Part shown: positions 1 to 9,398 of the stretch, one piece after another
Position numbering within the stretch: position 1 is the first letter of the stretch
Layout of the letters: each line of letters begins with the position of its first letter
Assembly (NCBI GenBank): GCA_963779615.1
Contig: CAVZZA010000001.1
Coordinates: 512,001-576,000 of the forward strand
Origin: an uncultured Nitrososphaeraceae archaeon
GTDB lineage: Archaea > Thermoproteota > Nitrososphaeria > Nitrososphaerales > Nitrososphaeraceae
Length of the DNA stretch: 64,000 nt
Direction: 5' to 3'
Made by a program: the position numbers and the translations under genes
The notes under the pieces: model-generated
Databases searched by the model: none
The model's input: the letters and a program-made list of their open reading frames with translations, nothing else
What the model was told of the DNA's origin: nothing

Positions 1-687
1 TTTCCCATCTAATAATCTTCCTTTTGATTTGGAAGTAAGTCCACCCCATTGCTTGAAAAAGAAAGGTGTATTAGTTGAAATGCATTGATTTCGTATTTCC
101 CTAACCCATTCAGTCTCGCAAGGCCTATGATTGGATCCTGATTCGCCTCCGGCAATAACCCATTCTATATCATCAAGATTTAACAGTCCCATTGGACCGA
201 TTAAAGGCTCTAAACTTAAAAAATGGACTTTGGCATCAATTGTTGTTAAATCGGAAATTCTGTTTTTAAAATATTGATTTTCTACGGATACTCCAATCCA
301 AATATTGTCTGGAAATTTTCCATAAACCTTTCCGAATTCTTTAAGCCTTGTGCTTCTTTTAGTTAAAATTTGAAATTTATGCCATGTTGCCTTTTTGATG
401 ACATCAAAAACCATTCTGATAAATCCAAAGGGTACATCTTGATGAAATAGATCAGACATGCTATTTACAAAAATCATTCTAGGTTCTTTTATTTTTAAAG
501 GAAAATCAATCACATCTTCGTGTATTGTGAGATTAAATCCATTTGAATATTTTTTTGTTCCCATTTTTTGTAATCTGAGTGCAAATCGTTCGGCATAACA
601 ATTTCTGCAACCTGGGGATACCTTATCACAACCTGTAATTACATTCCAAGTTGTATTTGTCCACTCAATTGCAGACTTATCCGCCAT
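1..687 (-). CDS. DUF5131 / phage Gp37-Gp68 family protein (three-Cys motif, radical-SAM-like), truncated by the window edge
   Basis: Manual translation from ATG at 687: MADKSAIEWTNTTWNVITGCDKVSPGCRNCYAERF...IFVNSMSDLFH...FQILTKR...FLSLEPL...EWVIAGGESG...PFFFKQWGG. Absent from the ORF track because it has no stop inside the window. Confidence 0.9.
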   Translation of the reverse strand, partial: MADKSAIEWTNTTWNVITGCDKVSPGCRNCYAERFALRLQKMGTKKYSNGFNLTIHEDVIDFPLKIKEPRMIFVNSMSDLFHQDVPFGFIRMVFDVIKKATWHKFQILTKRSTRLKEFGKVYGKFPDNIWIGVSVENQYFKNRISDLTTIDAKVHFLSLEPLIGPMGLLNLDDIEWVIAGGESGSNHRPCETEWVREIRNQCISTNTPFFFKQWGGLTSKSKGRLLDGK

Positions 688-845
688 GTTATTATAAATG
701 GTAGGAACATAATAAAATTATAATGTTGTTTGTTGTCACACATTACATTTTAGATTCTTACTTCATAAAAATAACAGAAGTATGGTTGTTGAAATAATTA
801 AATAATCTTAATTATGAAAAATAATATAAAAGATAAAACTTAACA

Positions 846-2741
846 TTATTTTCTCTTATTCATTTTGCAGATATGCTCTAACATATGCCATTTGTCTCCT
901 GTTCCGTTACAATTAAGACAGGCCCATGTGTCTGAACCGGGCCATTTTCTGTAGAGTTGCTTTTCCTTGATTTTGGCTTCCACTTCATTTTCACGCTCTA
1001 ACACTTCTAACACTTCTAACGCTTTGGTAGGTCTTGCATCTTCACTCTCTGTAATATCCATCAATGAAATGTTATTGTTTTCGTCTATAACTTTACTATT
1101 TCCTTCATATTTTATAGTTTTTTGTTCTGAATTAGTTAGCCTACCGCTTTTTAAACCATTGTCATGAAAGCCATTTCCCTCAACACTCTTCCAAAAAGTG
1201 TTAAAAGTGTTAGAAGTGTTAGTTAATTTACCGGTATCCAATATTTCTATTCCCTTTACTGAGGAATAGTTGCCTTTGAGCTTTTGTAATGTGGTCCAAT
1301 TGAAGACAAGGGACCTTTTCTCTCCATTATGCATCTTACGAGCTCCAAACTTGTCCTCGCATATTCTGGTCACCAGTGTTTTTGATATAGTTCCGAATTC
1401 ATCCGTGTGAAAACATTGAGGTTTATAGGAGTCGGCATGTCCAGGAAGTAAACATATTATTTTCCACAAATCTTCATTTGGAACTACTATGTTTTCATCC
1501 TTTACCAGTTCTAATAGAACTGAGAAAAGGTACGAATCCAAAGAGTTTAATTTTTTGTTGTTCTTCTCGACAAGAAATTTGGATAAGGCCTTGACAATTT
1601 CATCCACAGTTTTTGTGTTTTTGAATAGCCTTAGAATGGGCTTGCAAAGCTGCTTGTCCCTGTTTCTGATTGAAAGGCGAATGTCGGATACTTGGTCATC
1701 GTAATGGATTATCCTATATACAAGCAAAAGCTTGCGCAAGTCATCTATTTCCCTGAATAATTTTATGTGTTTTTGGTCCCCTGCGTCATTTATTACTTCA
1801 GAAATGTCATATGAAGGGTTACCGGGAGAACATCTTACAGTAAATATTCTTTCTGCGAATCCCCTACCCTTGTAACCCGGTTGCTTCTCTGAGCTGAACG
1901 CCTTAAAGCAATATGTGTTGTATCTTTGTTGTCTTTTGCTTTTTGCCCCATTTGGAGTGTCATAAATTCTGGTGACCTTGGCTCCAGCAACATATCCTGC
2001 CTTGTATATCCTCATTTTATCTTCCTGTTCCTCAATGCTGTCTATTTCATCCTCAAGTATTATTCCCTGACCTTCTTCAAACTGCCCAAGGAAGTTGTAG
2101 ATGTTGGCAGGAGTAATGCTGGTATCAAATAAGGGTCTGTATCCCAATTGATGGAAAATTCTCAGAGCATTGCTTTTTCCTGTGTTGTTGTCTCCCACAA
2201 ACAAAAGGTAATGGGTCATGCCCATCTTGTCTTGAAAATATGTGAAAATGGTGTCTGCAGAGCAAAGAGTTAAAGACTCATCGTCATTGTCAAAACATTT
2301 TTCCCAAACGTTTTTTACTTTTGCAAACAGCCCATCCATTGTTTCTTTTTGGGCTCTTGTTACATACTTTTTGATCTCATCAGCGGATGAAAAGCTGTAC
2401 TCTTTGCTTAAATACAAGGACTTGCCTGGCGGAACTATAGTCAGGTTTTCCAACCTTATTATTTCAGACAGGATTGGCTCGCCATTTCTTATCTGCAGAT
2501 ACATTGGGAGGTCATTTACCAAAATGGATTCTGCAAGTGGCATGCCCTTGCTGTATTTGTAAAATGAATATTCTCTAGTATCTTTGTTTTCCTCTCTGTC
2601 TTCCTTTGTCGATTTCTTTGTTTTGGTATTTTTAGTAATGTTGTTGTTACCTCCTTTACTGCCGACCTGGATATTGTTTTCAGAATAACGGGAAGAGATA
2701 GGGGCATATCCTATCAAATCATCACTTATAGGTTCATCCAT
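846..2741 (-). CDS. P-loop ATPase, putative replication protein/helicase of the integrated element, with C-terminal Zn-finger
   Basis: Walker A GDNNTGKS, Walker B IILEDE, C-terminal CLNC...HMLEHIC, and mobile-element context. Confidence 0.65.
   Translation of the reverse strand: MDEPISDDLIGYAPISSRYSENNIQVGSKGGNNNITKNTKTKKSTKEDREENKDTREYSFYKYSKGMPLAESILVNDLPMYLQIRNGEPILSEIIRLENLTIVPPGKSLYLSKEYSFSSADEIKKYVTRAQKETMDGLFAKVKNVWEKCFDNDDESLTLCSADTIFTYFQDKMGMTHYLLFVGDNNTGKSNALRIFHQLGYRPLFDTSITPANIYNFLGQFEEGQGIILEDEIDSIEEQEDKMRIYKAGYVAGAKVTRIYDTPNGAKSKRQQRYNTYCFKAFSSEKQPGYKGRGFAERIFTVRCSPGNPSYDISEVINDAGDQKHIKLFREIDDLRKLLLVYRIIHYDDQVSDIRLSIRNRDKQLCKPILRLFKNTKTVDEIVKALSKFLVEKNNKKLNSLDSYLFSVLLELVKDENIVVPNEDLWKIICLLPGHADSYKPQCFHTDEFGTISKTLVTRICEDKFGARKMHNGEKRSLVFNWTTLQKLKGNYSSVKGIEILDTGKLTNTSNTFNTFWKSVEGNGFHDNGLKSGRLTNSEQKTIKYEGNSKVIDENNNISLMDITESEDARPTKALEVLEVLERENEVEAKIKEKQLYRKWPGSDTWACLNCNGTGDKWHMLEHICKMNKRK
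997..1023 (+). repeat. 3 x 9-bp direct repeat TCTAAC(A/G)CT (candidate iterons)
   Basis: tctaacact tctaacact tctaacgct read directly from the sequence. Confidence 0.8.
1197..1223 (-). repeat. 3 x 9-bp repeat AGTGTTA(A/G)(A/T), the inverted counterpart of 997-1023
   Basis: agtgttaaa agtgttaga agtgttagt; AGTGTTAGA is the reverse complement of TCTAACACT. Confidence 0.8.
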
Positions 2742-2750
2742 AACTATCCA

Positions 2751-3191
2751 CTATTCTATAAACCGCCACTTGTGGGAAACAAGCTCCCTTATTTCACTAA
2801 GCCGTGCTTTAAGCAGCACTTTGTCTTCATTTGCATAAAGGGATAAAATACGGGATTCAGCTTCTTTTGCTATTCGCGCAATAACGTCCACAATTACCCA
2901 ATTGAGTCTTTGATGTTTCTCTTCCGTGGACTTGCAGCATTTGGTGTAATTCCGGATGTGATCTATTGTTTTGACATCAAGATCTTTATAACTAATTTCA
3001 TAGAGAGTAATGGGCGATTTAATCCTAAAGTACCTGAATTTGTCTGCTAGTTGAAGGATATATTCATTGGATTTTGTATTTTTGTCATATCCGTTTTCCA
3101 TCAGATTGACAAATATATTGTCCACCAAATATCCAGGGGTCCAAATTTCATCAGCAGTGGATATATTATCAACAGAACCTATGGAGTTCAT
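2751..3191 (-). CDS. Hypothetical protein of the integrated element
   Basis: 146-aa ORF with a GGGG SD-like motif upstream, 9 bp before the Rep-like gene. Confidence 0.6.
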   Translation of the reverse strand: MNSIGSVDNISTADEIWTPGYLVDNIFVNLMENGYDKNTKSNEYILQLADKFRYFRIKSPITLYEISYKDLDVKTIDHIRNYTKCCKSTEEKHQRLNWVIVDVIARIAKEAESRILSLYANEDKVLLKARLSEIRELVSHKWRFIE

Positions 3192-3294
3192 AGCCCCTTC
3201 CCTATTGCAATGGTTTTGATATGGTGAAAAAGAGAATTAAGGACCAAGGTTTGATGCAGCTTAAGATAAGAAATATCGACGGACTTTTTAGTAA

Positions 3295-3543
3295 TCATAT
3301 AAAGTCAGCACCACCATTTGCTATTCGCGGAGATTTTCTATGACCAGCATTTTTCATTTCTTCATCGCATCTATTGAATTTCTTTAAGCACACAGAACAA
3401 AGATTTAGGGAAATTGTTCCATATTCTCCTGCACTTGCATCAATCTTCTTTAAAGCTGTGTTTGAACATTCCAATCCGTCGCAAATGCCTTTATAGGACT
3501 TTTCTGTATTTTCATATAGGGGTTTGATATCTGATACCATCAC
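3295..3543 (-). CDS. Small Cys-rich (Zn-finger-like) hypothetical protein
   Basis: CDGLEC...CSVC motif and AGGTG SD; co-oriented with RHH and Rep. Confidence 0.6.
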   Translation of the reverse strand: MMVSDIKPLYENTEKSYKGICDGLECSNTALKKIDASAGEYGTISLNLCSVCLKKFNRCDEEMKNAGHRKSPRIANGGADFI

Positions 3544-3548
3544 CTATC

Positions 3549-3743
3549 TCACCTTGTAGGTTCGCTTGATACTAGGCCTTCGAAACCAACATCAAGCGAG
3601 CTTTTTTTTATGTTTCTTTTTCGATGTGACCTTTCGAGTAACCTCAACAAATATCTACTACGCGGTATATCCCTTCTGTCTATGTCTATCTGCTCTATCA
3701 CTTTTTTTGGGAAAGATATTCCCACTGAAATGGTGTTTGCCAT
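3549..3743 (-). CDS. Ribbon-helix-helix (CopG-like) DNA-binding protein
   Basis: Likely start ATG 3743: MANTISVGISFPKKVIEQIDIDRRDIPRSRYLLRLLE shows an alternating beta strand followed by two helices. Confidence 0.7.
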   Translation of the reverse strand: MANTISVGISFPKKVIEQIDIDRRDIPRSRYLLRLLERSHRKRNIKKSSLDVGFEGLVSSEPTR

Positions 3744-3827
3744 TTTAATAATATTGCAGAGTTTACTATAAAATGCATTTTTGTTATATACCCTTTTTAA
3801 ACAAAAGGGTATCATTTCAATCATTGA

Positions 3828-5016
3828 CATGGGATTATCTGAAACAATGATGGAAATTGAGCAGGAAGAAAGCGCTTGGCTAGAAAACAACAAGAATTTG
3901 AAGGCTTATTTTGAAAGTTTTAAAAATGCAAATGTTGTTGGAATTAATGGACTTACTACTGAGGCGTGTTATACACTAAAGCAGTTCCTTTATGAAGATT
4001 ACTTGTCTGTAAGTCAAATAACCAATATTTTGCAAAATACGGCTCCTCATCATGTGAAAGAAAAGATTGATAAATTCCTTGAACTGGGTTTAATAAAAAA
4101 GACTAATCCTTCTGCCTCTCTTCCAAAATCACGTCACAATAACAAAACAAGCAAATACTATAAGCTGACAAGCATTGGTTTATTTTACCTATTAATCAAA
4201 ATCGACAAAAATGACGTAAGAGTAGATCCAAGCAATGACTGCAGGGTTAAAATATTCAATATTTATGAAAATGATCCCCTTTTTCAAATTTTTATCCATA
4301 GCCTAATAGACAAGGAATTACTTTGTCGTATTACCGAAGATATAATTTTATGGGAAATTATCAATTATATAAAACAAGTATGTCAAGTGATTGACAATGA
4401 ATTAAAAATTTTTAGGGAATTTTACAAAAACGGAAAGATTGAAGAGCGTAGCATAAAATGGAATTATAATTTAAAAGACAATAGGGCAAAATGGGATGAG
4501 TTTTGTCAGGGTTTAGTAGGTAGCGTTATCCTTGTACCTTGTAAACCTGGAAAGTACTCAATTGAATCGATTGTCAATACTTATGTTTCTTCTAATCGCC
4601 TTTCTTTTGAATGTGCTAACACCAAATACTCCATCGAAATGGACGAACAGAATAGTAAAGCTAAATTATTAAGGAATGATAAAGAATATGAGAACATCCC
4701 TGTTAAAAGGGCACGCAATTGCTTTATCCTGTATAGAACAAAATATTGGGATGAACGTGAATTTCTATTATCGATGTTTCCTCGGTTTTGGTACTCTGTT
4801 GATCATTTAAAGTTTCAGTTTGGATTCTCTATTTTGCAATTATTCGATAAACCCGATGGGGAATATTTTTACTTCCTTTCACAATTAGAGTCTGAAAGAA
4901 AATATCATTCTATATTAAAAGAACTAGCAAAGGATGAGAGAATTAGACAACTAATAGGTGATATAAATGATGAATTCAAAGAACATTATGAGGCGTTTAT
5001 AGGATTTAGTAAATAG
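3828..5016 (+). CDS. Hypothetical protein with N-terminal winged-helix-like region
   Basis: LSVSQITNIL...VKEKIDKFLELGLIKK...YYKLTSIGL wHTH pattern; divergent from the RHH gene. Confidence 0.6.
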
Positions 5017-5028
5017 ATTTAATTTTAA

Positions 5029-6564
5029 TTATTTTATCATTTTCTCTAAGACCTCTGGTTTCACGTTAACCAAAGCGGGATTCTGCTGGATAAGTAAGAA
5101 TATCTTGGTCATACCACTCTTTAATGACTCTATATCGCTTTCCAGCCTGTCCATTTTTTGCTTATCTTTATTCCTTACTTCATTATATGAATCATAAGAT
5201 AATATCATTTTACATTTTGGGCAAAACATATTATCCTGTTTATTTGGCTCAAAACAATTTGGACATTGTTTTGATTTGAGAATGTTTTGTGATCCTGTTT
5301 CATTTTCTTTGATTACTCCTCTTACCTTGAGTATGGATCTTGATGATTCAGAACCAAAATAATGAATATATCTTTGGGGCATTTTGCTGGTTATAGACCA
5401 TCCTGCATGATTCCTAAGAATGTGTTCTTTGATGATTTTTGATTTTTCTGTCAAAGCCGAGTGGCGTATGATATACAAGTTCCATGGTTTAGTAATGAAA
5501 TTTTTTATATATGCTTTATCAACTTCAGGGACCTTTTTATCATCTGAAAGTTTACGAAAAAGGTTAAAATACTGATTCTTATACCTTTTTAATAATCCAT
5601 TAACTGATAGTTGATTTGATAATGTAAAATTATCGTTATTGTTACTGCCATAGTTTTTATCACTTAGAGAAACAAAAAGCCATGAATCGGGATTATTTCC
5701 ATTTGGATGATTTAATATCCATTCTTTAAGATAAGGAATGCTGTCTATTAGTGGAAGAGTCCTAGGTCCAGTTTTTCCATCTACTGTAACTTCTGCATAT
5801 TGTATTGAGTCAGAAGATACCTTAAATTTGATGTCCTTGATTTTTAGGCTTAAAAGTTCATGTGGCCTTGCTGATGTGTCACAGGCCATAGCATGGTAGC
5901 ATCTGTCTCTTGGATAAGGACAATATTTCAAGAATAAAGAATGTTCTTCCATGGTCCACATATCATCTGGTTTATATGGTGATTTTTCCTTTCTTGGGAG
6001 TTGTCTTATGCTTTTCATACAACCCGGAGTTTCTCTTTTTCTAATGTCTGGCTCATTACGATTGTATAACCATCTAAAGAATTTTAAAAATAACATCTGT
6101 CTTGAATTCCATGTTCCTATGCTCTTGTGAGTTGGATCTGCTATGGAGGATTCCCTGAGATTGTTGAGATAGTCCAGTATGTCCTCCTTTGTCATTTCAT
6201 AAAATGTTTTTTTGTGATGAAAATATCTGGATAGATGAACAAGTTTTTTTATTTTTGTTTCCTTAGTAGATTCCTTTATATTCAATTCATTTTGTTCTGC
6301 AACAATATAATCACATATATCTTTTAGATTGTTGGAATTAATTTGTAAAACTTCATATAATATTTTTGAAATATATGGTTTAAGATACTGTGTAATATGT
6401 TCAATTTTTCTTTTTAAATTTGCAACATCTTCTAAATTATTGGATGAGGATTTTTCAGTTGTTATGATGAAGATATCGGCATTTTCATTGAAGTCTTTTA
6501 CTTTGTTAGTTTTATTGTTATTGTTCAGAACTTCATTAATTGTAGCTGCATTTTCCTCTGTCAT
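5029..6564 (-). CDS. Tyrosine recombinase/integrase with C-terminal zinc ribbon
   Basis: SARPHELLSL (R), GKTG (K), YIIRHS (xxR), HAGW, QRYIH (Y) and CPNC...CPKC; adjacent to a tRNA. Confidence 0.9.
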   Translation of the reverse strand: MTEENAATINEVLNNNNKTNKVKDFNENADIFIITTEKSSSNNLEDVANLKRKIEHITQYLKPYISKILYEVLQINSNNLKDICDYIVAEQNELNIKESTKETKIKKLVHLSRYFHHKKTFYEMTKEDILDYLNNLRESSIADPTHKSIGTWNSRQMLFLKFFRWLYNRNEPDIRKRETPGCMKSIRQLPRKEKSPYKPDDMWTMEEHSLFLKYCPYPRDRCYHAMACDTSARPHELLSLKIKDIKFKVSSDSIQYAEVTVDGKTGPRTLPLIDSIPYLKEWILNHPNGNNPDSWLFVSLSDKNYGSNNNDNFTLSNQLSVNGLLKRYKNQYFNLFRKLSDDKKVPEVDKAYIKNFITKPWNLYIIRHSALTEKSKIIKEHILRNHAGWSITSKMPQRYIHYFGSESSRSILKVRGVIKENETGSQNILKSKQCPNCFEPNKQDNMFCPKCKMILSYDSYNEVRNKDKQKMDRLESDIESLKSGMTKIFLLIQQNPALVNVKPEVLEKMIK

Positions 6565-6631
6565 ATGTTTATTGTATTAAAAATCTTGTTTTTTTAAGAT
6601 AAAAGCATTCTGTATAAACCCATGAATGGAG

Positions 6632-6706
6632 TGGAGGGAATGGGATTTGAACCCATGACCACCTGCGTGTAAGGCAGGTATCCTAACCAGTCTAGACAAC
6701 CCCTCC
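6632..6706 (-). tRNA. tRNA-Val(TAC)
   Basis: GGAGGGG...CCTGC-CTTACAC-GCAGG...ATGGG-TTCAAAT-CCCAT-TCCCTCCA folds as a cloverleaf; no intron. Confidence 0.97.
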
Positions 6707-6811
6707 AAAAAATATTTAAAATTGTAATGGTATAATGTTATTAAACGTTTGTTTTAATTCAGAAGAAATGGGTTCTTAACAATAGATCATATCTTTATGC
6801 TGTATGTGTGC

Positions 6812-8278
6812 TTAAACGTCTGCATATAGTGAAAACTCGTGCGGATGGGGTCTAATGGTCACATCTTCATGATCCTTTACTTCTTGCAAAATTATTGAAT
6901 CAATAATTTCATTATCAAAAATTGGTTTTAGAAATTCTCTGTCATTACTTAACTCTTCATAGGCCTCACGGAGAGTTGCCGGTAGCTGTCTAATTCCTAA
7001 ATCATGCCTGCGTTGGGGTGTCATTTTAAAAATATCTTCATCTATTGGATCTGGTATTGATGTCTTTTTCTTTATTCCTTCCAAACCTGCAGAAATTATT
7101 GCAGAAAAAGCTAAATAAGGATTGCAGGAAGGGTCCGGGGCTCTGAATTCTATTCTCTTCATATGCGCAAATCTTTCTCCTCTATAATGGGCTGCATTTC
7201 TAATAATTGCTGATCTGTTTCCAGTACTCCATGCAATGTATACCGGGGCTTCATACCCTGGAACTAACCTTCGGTATGAGTTTGTAGTAGGGGCAACTAT
7301 TGCTGCAAGTGCAGGTGCATGACTTAAAACTCCCGCAGCAAAATATCTGGCTGTCTGAGACATTTCCGCGTAGGCATCATTAACATCAAAAAAAAGGTTT
7401 TTTTCTATATCCCATAAGCTAACATTAACATGCATGCCAGAACCGTTATCTAATGCTATGGGTTTTGGCATCATAGTTGCAATCATACCATGTTTTTTTG
7501 CTATATTTTTTACAATATATTTATAGCTTTGAACGGAATCTGCAGCATTTACTAATGTATCAAATCTAATATCAATTTCGCATTGCCCTGCAGTTGCAAC
7601 TTCGTGATGGTGTGCATCACAAATGATTCCAAAATCATTACTTAATACATCTACACACTCATTCCGGTATTCCATTAAAGTGTCACCGGGAGCACTGGGA
7701 AGGTATCCTTCTTTTAGTCTGAGGACATATCCCACTCCCTCAGTGGACCATGGCGCTTCTCTAGATATTATATTATAGCTTTGAGATCTATATGGTGTCA
7801 TTGTGTTAACTTCTAATTTATCAAATACAAAAAATTCTACCTCTGGACCCCAATACGATTGGTGATATCCCTGCTGCCTTACGTATTCTTGAGCTCTTTT
7901 GGCAATTCCTCTTGGGTCCTTTTTAAACTGTTCTCTTAATTTTCCACCAGCTAGTATATCGCATATAAGCCGAGCGGTTTTATCTTTTATTATCCATGGA
8001 ATGATAGCATAAGTCGATGGATCAGGTCTAATTATAAGATCAGATTCATGAATTTTTGTAAAACCCCTTATGGAAGAGCCATCTAATTTTGGCAGTCCAT
8101 CCTCAAAATCTTCTAGTTTAAACATGTTTGCCGCCATTGTTGTATGGTGGAATCTACCGGTTAATCCGGTAAACTGCAGATCCAGAAATTTAATTTCTTC
8201 GTCTTTTAACTTCTTTATTGCTTGTTCTGCGGTGAAATTTAAAGATTCAATCTTCCCACCTACAACTTTATATGGCAA
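6812..8278 (-). CDS. glnA: Glutamine synthetase type I
   Basis: DGSSIRGF, GPEVEFF, HHHEVATAGQCEI, NGSGMH, NSYRRLVPGYEAP and RIEFRAPD motifs. Confidence 0.97.
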   Translation of the reverse strand: MPYKVVGGKIESLNFTAEQAIKKLKDEEIKFLDLQFTGLTGRFHHTTMAANMFKLEDFEDGLPKLDGSSIRGFTKIHESDLIIRPDPSTYAIIPWIIKDKTARLICDILAGGKLREQFKKDPRGIAKRAQEYVRQQGYHQSYWGPEVEFFVFDKLEVNTMTPYRSQSYNIISREAPWSTEGVGYVLRLKEGYLPSAPGDTLMEYRNECVDVLSNDFGIICDAHHHEVATAGQCEIDIRFDTLVNAADSVQSYKYIVKNIAKKHGMIATMMPKPIALDNGSGMHVNVSLWDIEKNLFFDVNDAYAEMSQTARYFAAGVLSHAPALAAIVAPTTNSYRRLVPGYEAPVYIAWSTGNRSAIIRNAAHYRGERFAHMKRIEFRAPDPSCNPYLAFSAIISAGLEGIKKKTSIPDPIDEDIFKMTPQRRHDLGIRQLPATLREAYEELSNDREFLKPIFDNEIIDSIILQEVKDHEDVTIRPHPHEFSLYADV

Positions 8279-8337
8279 TTAAAATATTCGTTATTATAAA
8301 ATAAAAACTTCTAATTAAGCTTATCACACTACGTTAT

Positions 8338-8979
8338 TTGGTAAAAATGGATTTGGATAATCAAACTGATTATGTAAGCATTGAGGAGATTTTTAATACC
8401 TTAAAGAGGGAAATACAACTTACTTCCGGTCCCCAGCCTATCCGACCTAGTTTTTATCAAAATGTAGCCACTTTGATTTACAAGTTGAAAAATAATCCAA
8501 TAGAAAAAAAAGAAGAAGGTGAAGAAAACATAAAATTGGAAAACGAAAAAATAGATAAAATATCTTATCAAATTAAGAATAATCTATTGGATTTATTTAC
8601 TAAATCAGTTACGTTGCTGTTTATTTATAGGTGTAAGAAAACTTTCAATATTAATAAAATTAAGGAAACTTTCGATTATTCTAATTTAACAGACGAGGAA
8701 AAATATGTATTTTATGGCAATAGGGAAAGAGAACACAGAATTAATATTGTTTTAAATATGTTGTTTGAAGGAAAACCTAAAACGTTAGAAAAAATAGTTT
8801 CTTCTATCAATCAAAATTATGTTATTTTAAGATTCTTGGGTTCTCTGGAGCAGTTTGTTGGTATTAATATGAATAAATATGGACCATTTAAAAAAGATGA
8901 TGTTGCAATTTTACCCTTCGAAAACGCAAGATCAATTATTGAAAATAATAAAGCTATTGAAATTAACATGATCAACTAA
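8338..8979 (+). CDS. GINS complex subunit Gins51/Gins15-type
   Basis: Helical A domain (NLTDEEKYVF) followed by the C-terminal B domain ILRFL..LEQFVG.NMNKYGPFKKDDVAILPFENARSII. Confidence 0.75.
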   Translation: MVKMDLDNQTDYVSIEEIFNTLKREIQLTSGPQPIRPSFYQNVATLIYKLKNNPIEKKEEGEENIKLENEKIDKISYQIKNNLLDLFTKSVTLLFIYRCKKTFNINKIKETFDYSNLTDEEKYVFYGNREREHRINIVLNMLFEGKPKTLEKIVSSINQNYVILRFLGSLEQFVGINMNKYGPFKKDDVAILPFENARSIIENNKAIEINMIN

Positions 8980-9040
8980 CTCCTTAGTGTTGAAGATCCT
9001 TTTTTTATTTTCATTTTTTAGAATATGTTGCAATAAATTT

Positions 9041-9202
9041 TTACTTTTTTTCATGATTCATATAGTGCTCTGACAATTTTTGTGAATAACAAATACCGCA
9101 TAGATGTCCTGAAATGCTCCATTGTGGCATAGCAATATACTTGAAATCTTTGATTTCTTTATCGCAAATTTTACACATAATTTGGTCCCGCCCTATTCCC
9201 AT
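9041..9202 (-). CDS. Small (53 aa) CxxC...CxxC zinc-finger protein
   Basis: Manual translation MGIGRDQIMCKICDKEIKDFKYIAMPQWSISGHLCGICYSQKLSEHYMNHEKK*; below the ORF-track cutoff. Confidence 0.7.
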   Translation of the reverse strand: MGIGRDQIMCKICDKEIKDFKYIAMPQWSISGHLCGICYSQKLSEHYMNHEKK

Positions 9203-9398
9203 TCTCTCGTAGCAATAAAATTAACGGAAATAAAAATTATGGTATTACTGCTTACTTTTGATTCAAATTTTATTTGTTTTTTTTTCAGATATTGAAAAAA
9301 TATCTAAAAAAATATCTGAAAAAAGATGCATTTTTGTGGTCTCTTTTTATCTTCGTAAAAGAAATTAATAGGGGATTTTTTATAGAAATGATGTCAAT

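Larger units (their letters stand above)
1..6631. mobile_element. Right part of an integrated mobile element (cryptic integrated element / integrative plasmid type) inserted at the 3' end of tRNA-Val; left end lies outside the window
   Basis: Tyrosine integrase starts 68 bp downstream of the tRNA-Val 3' end. It is followed by RHH, small Zn-finger, P-loop Rep-like and DUF5131 genes. The second att copy is not in the window. Confidence 0.8.
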
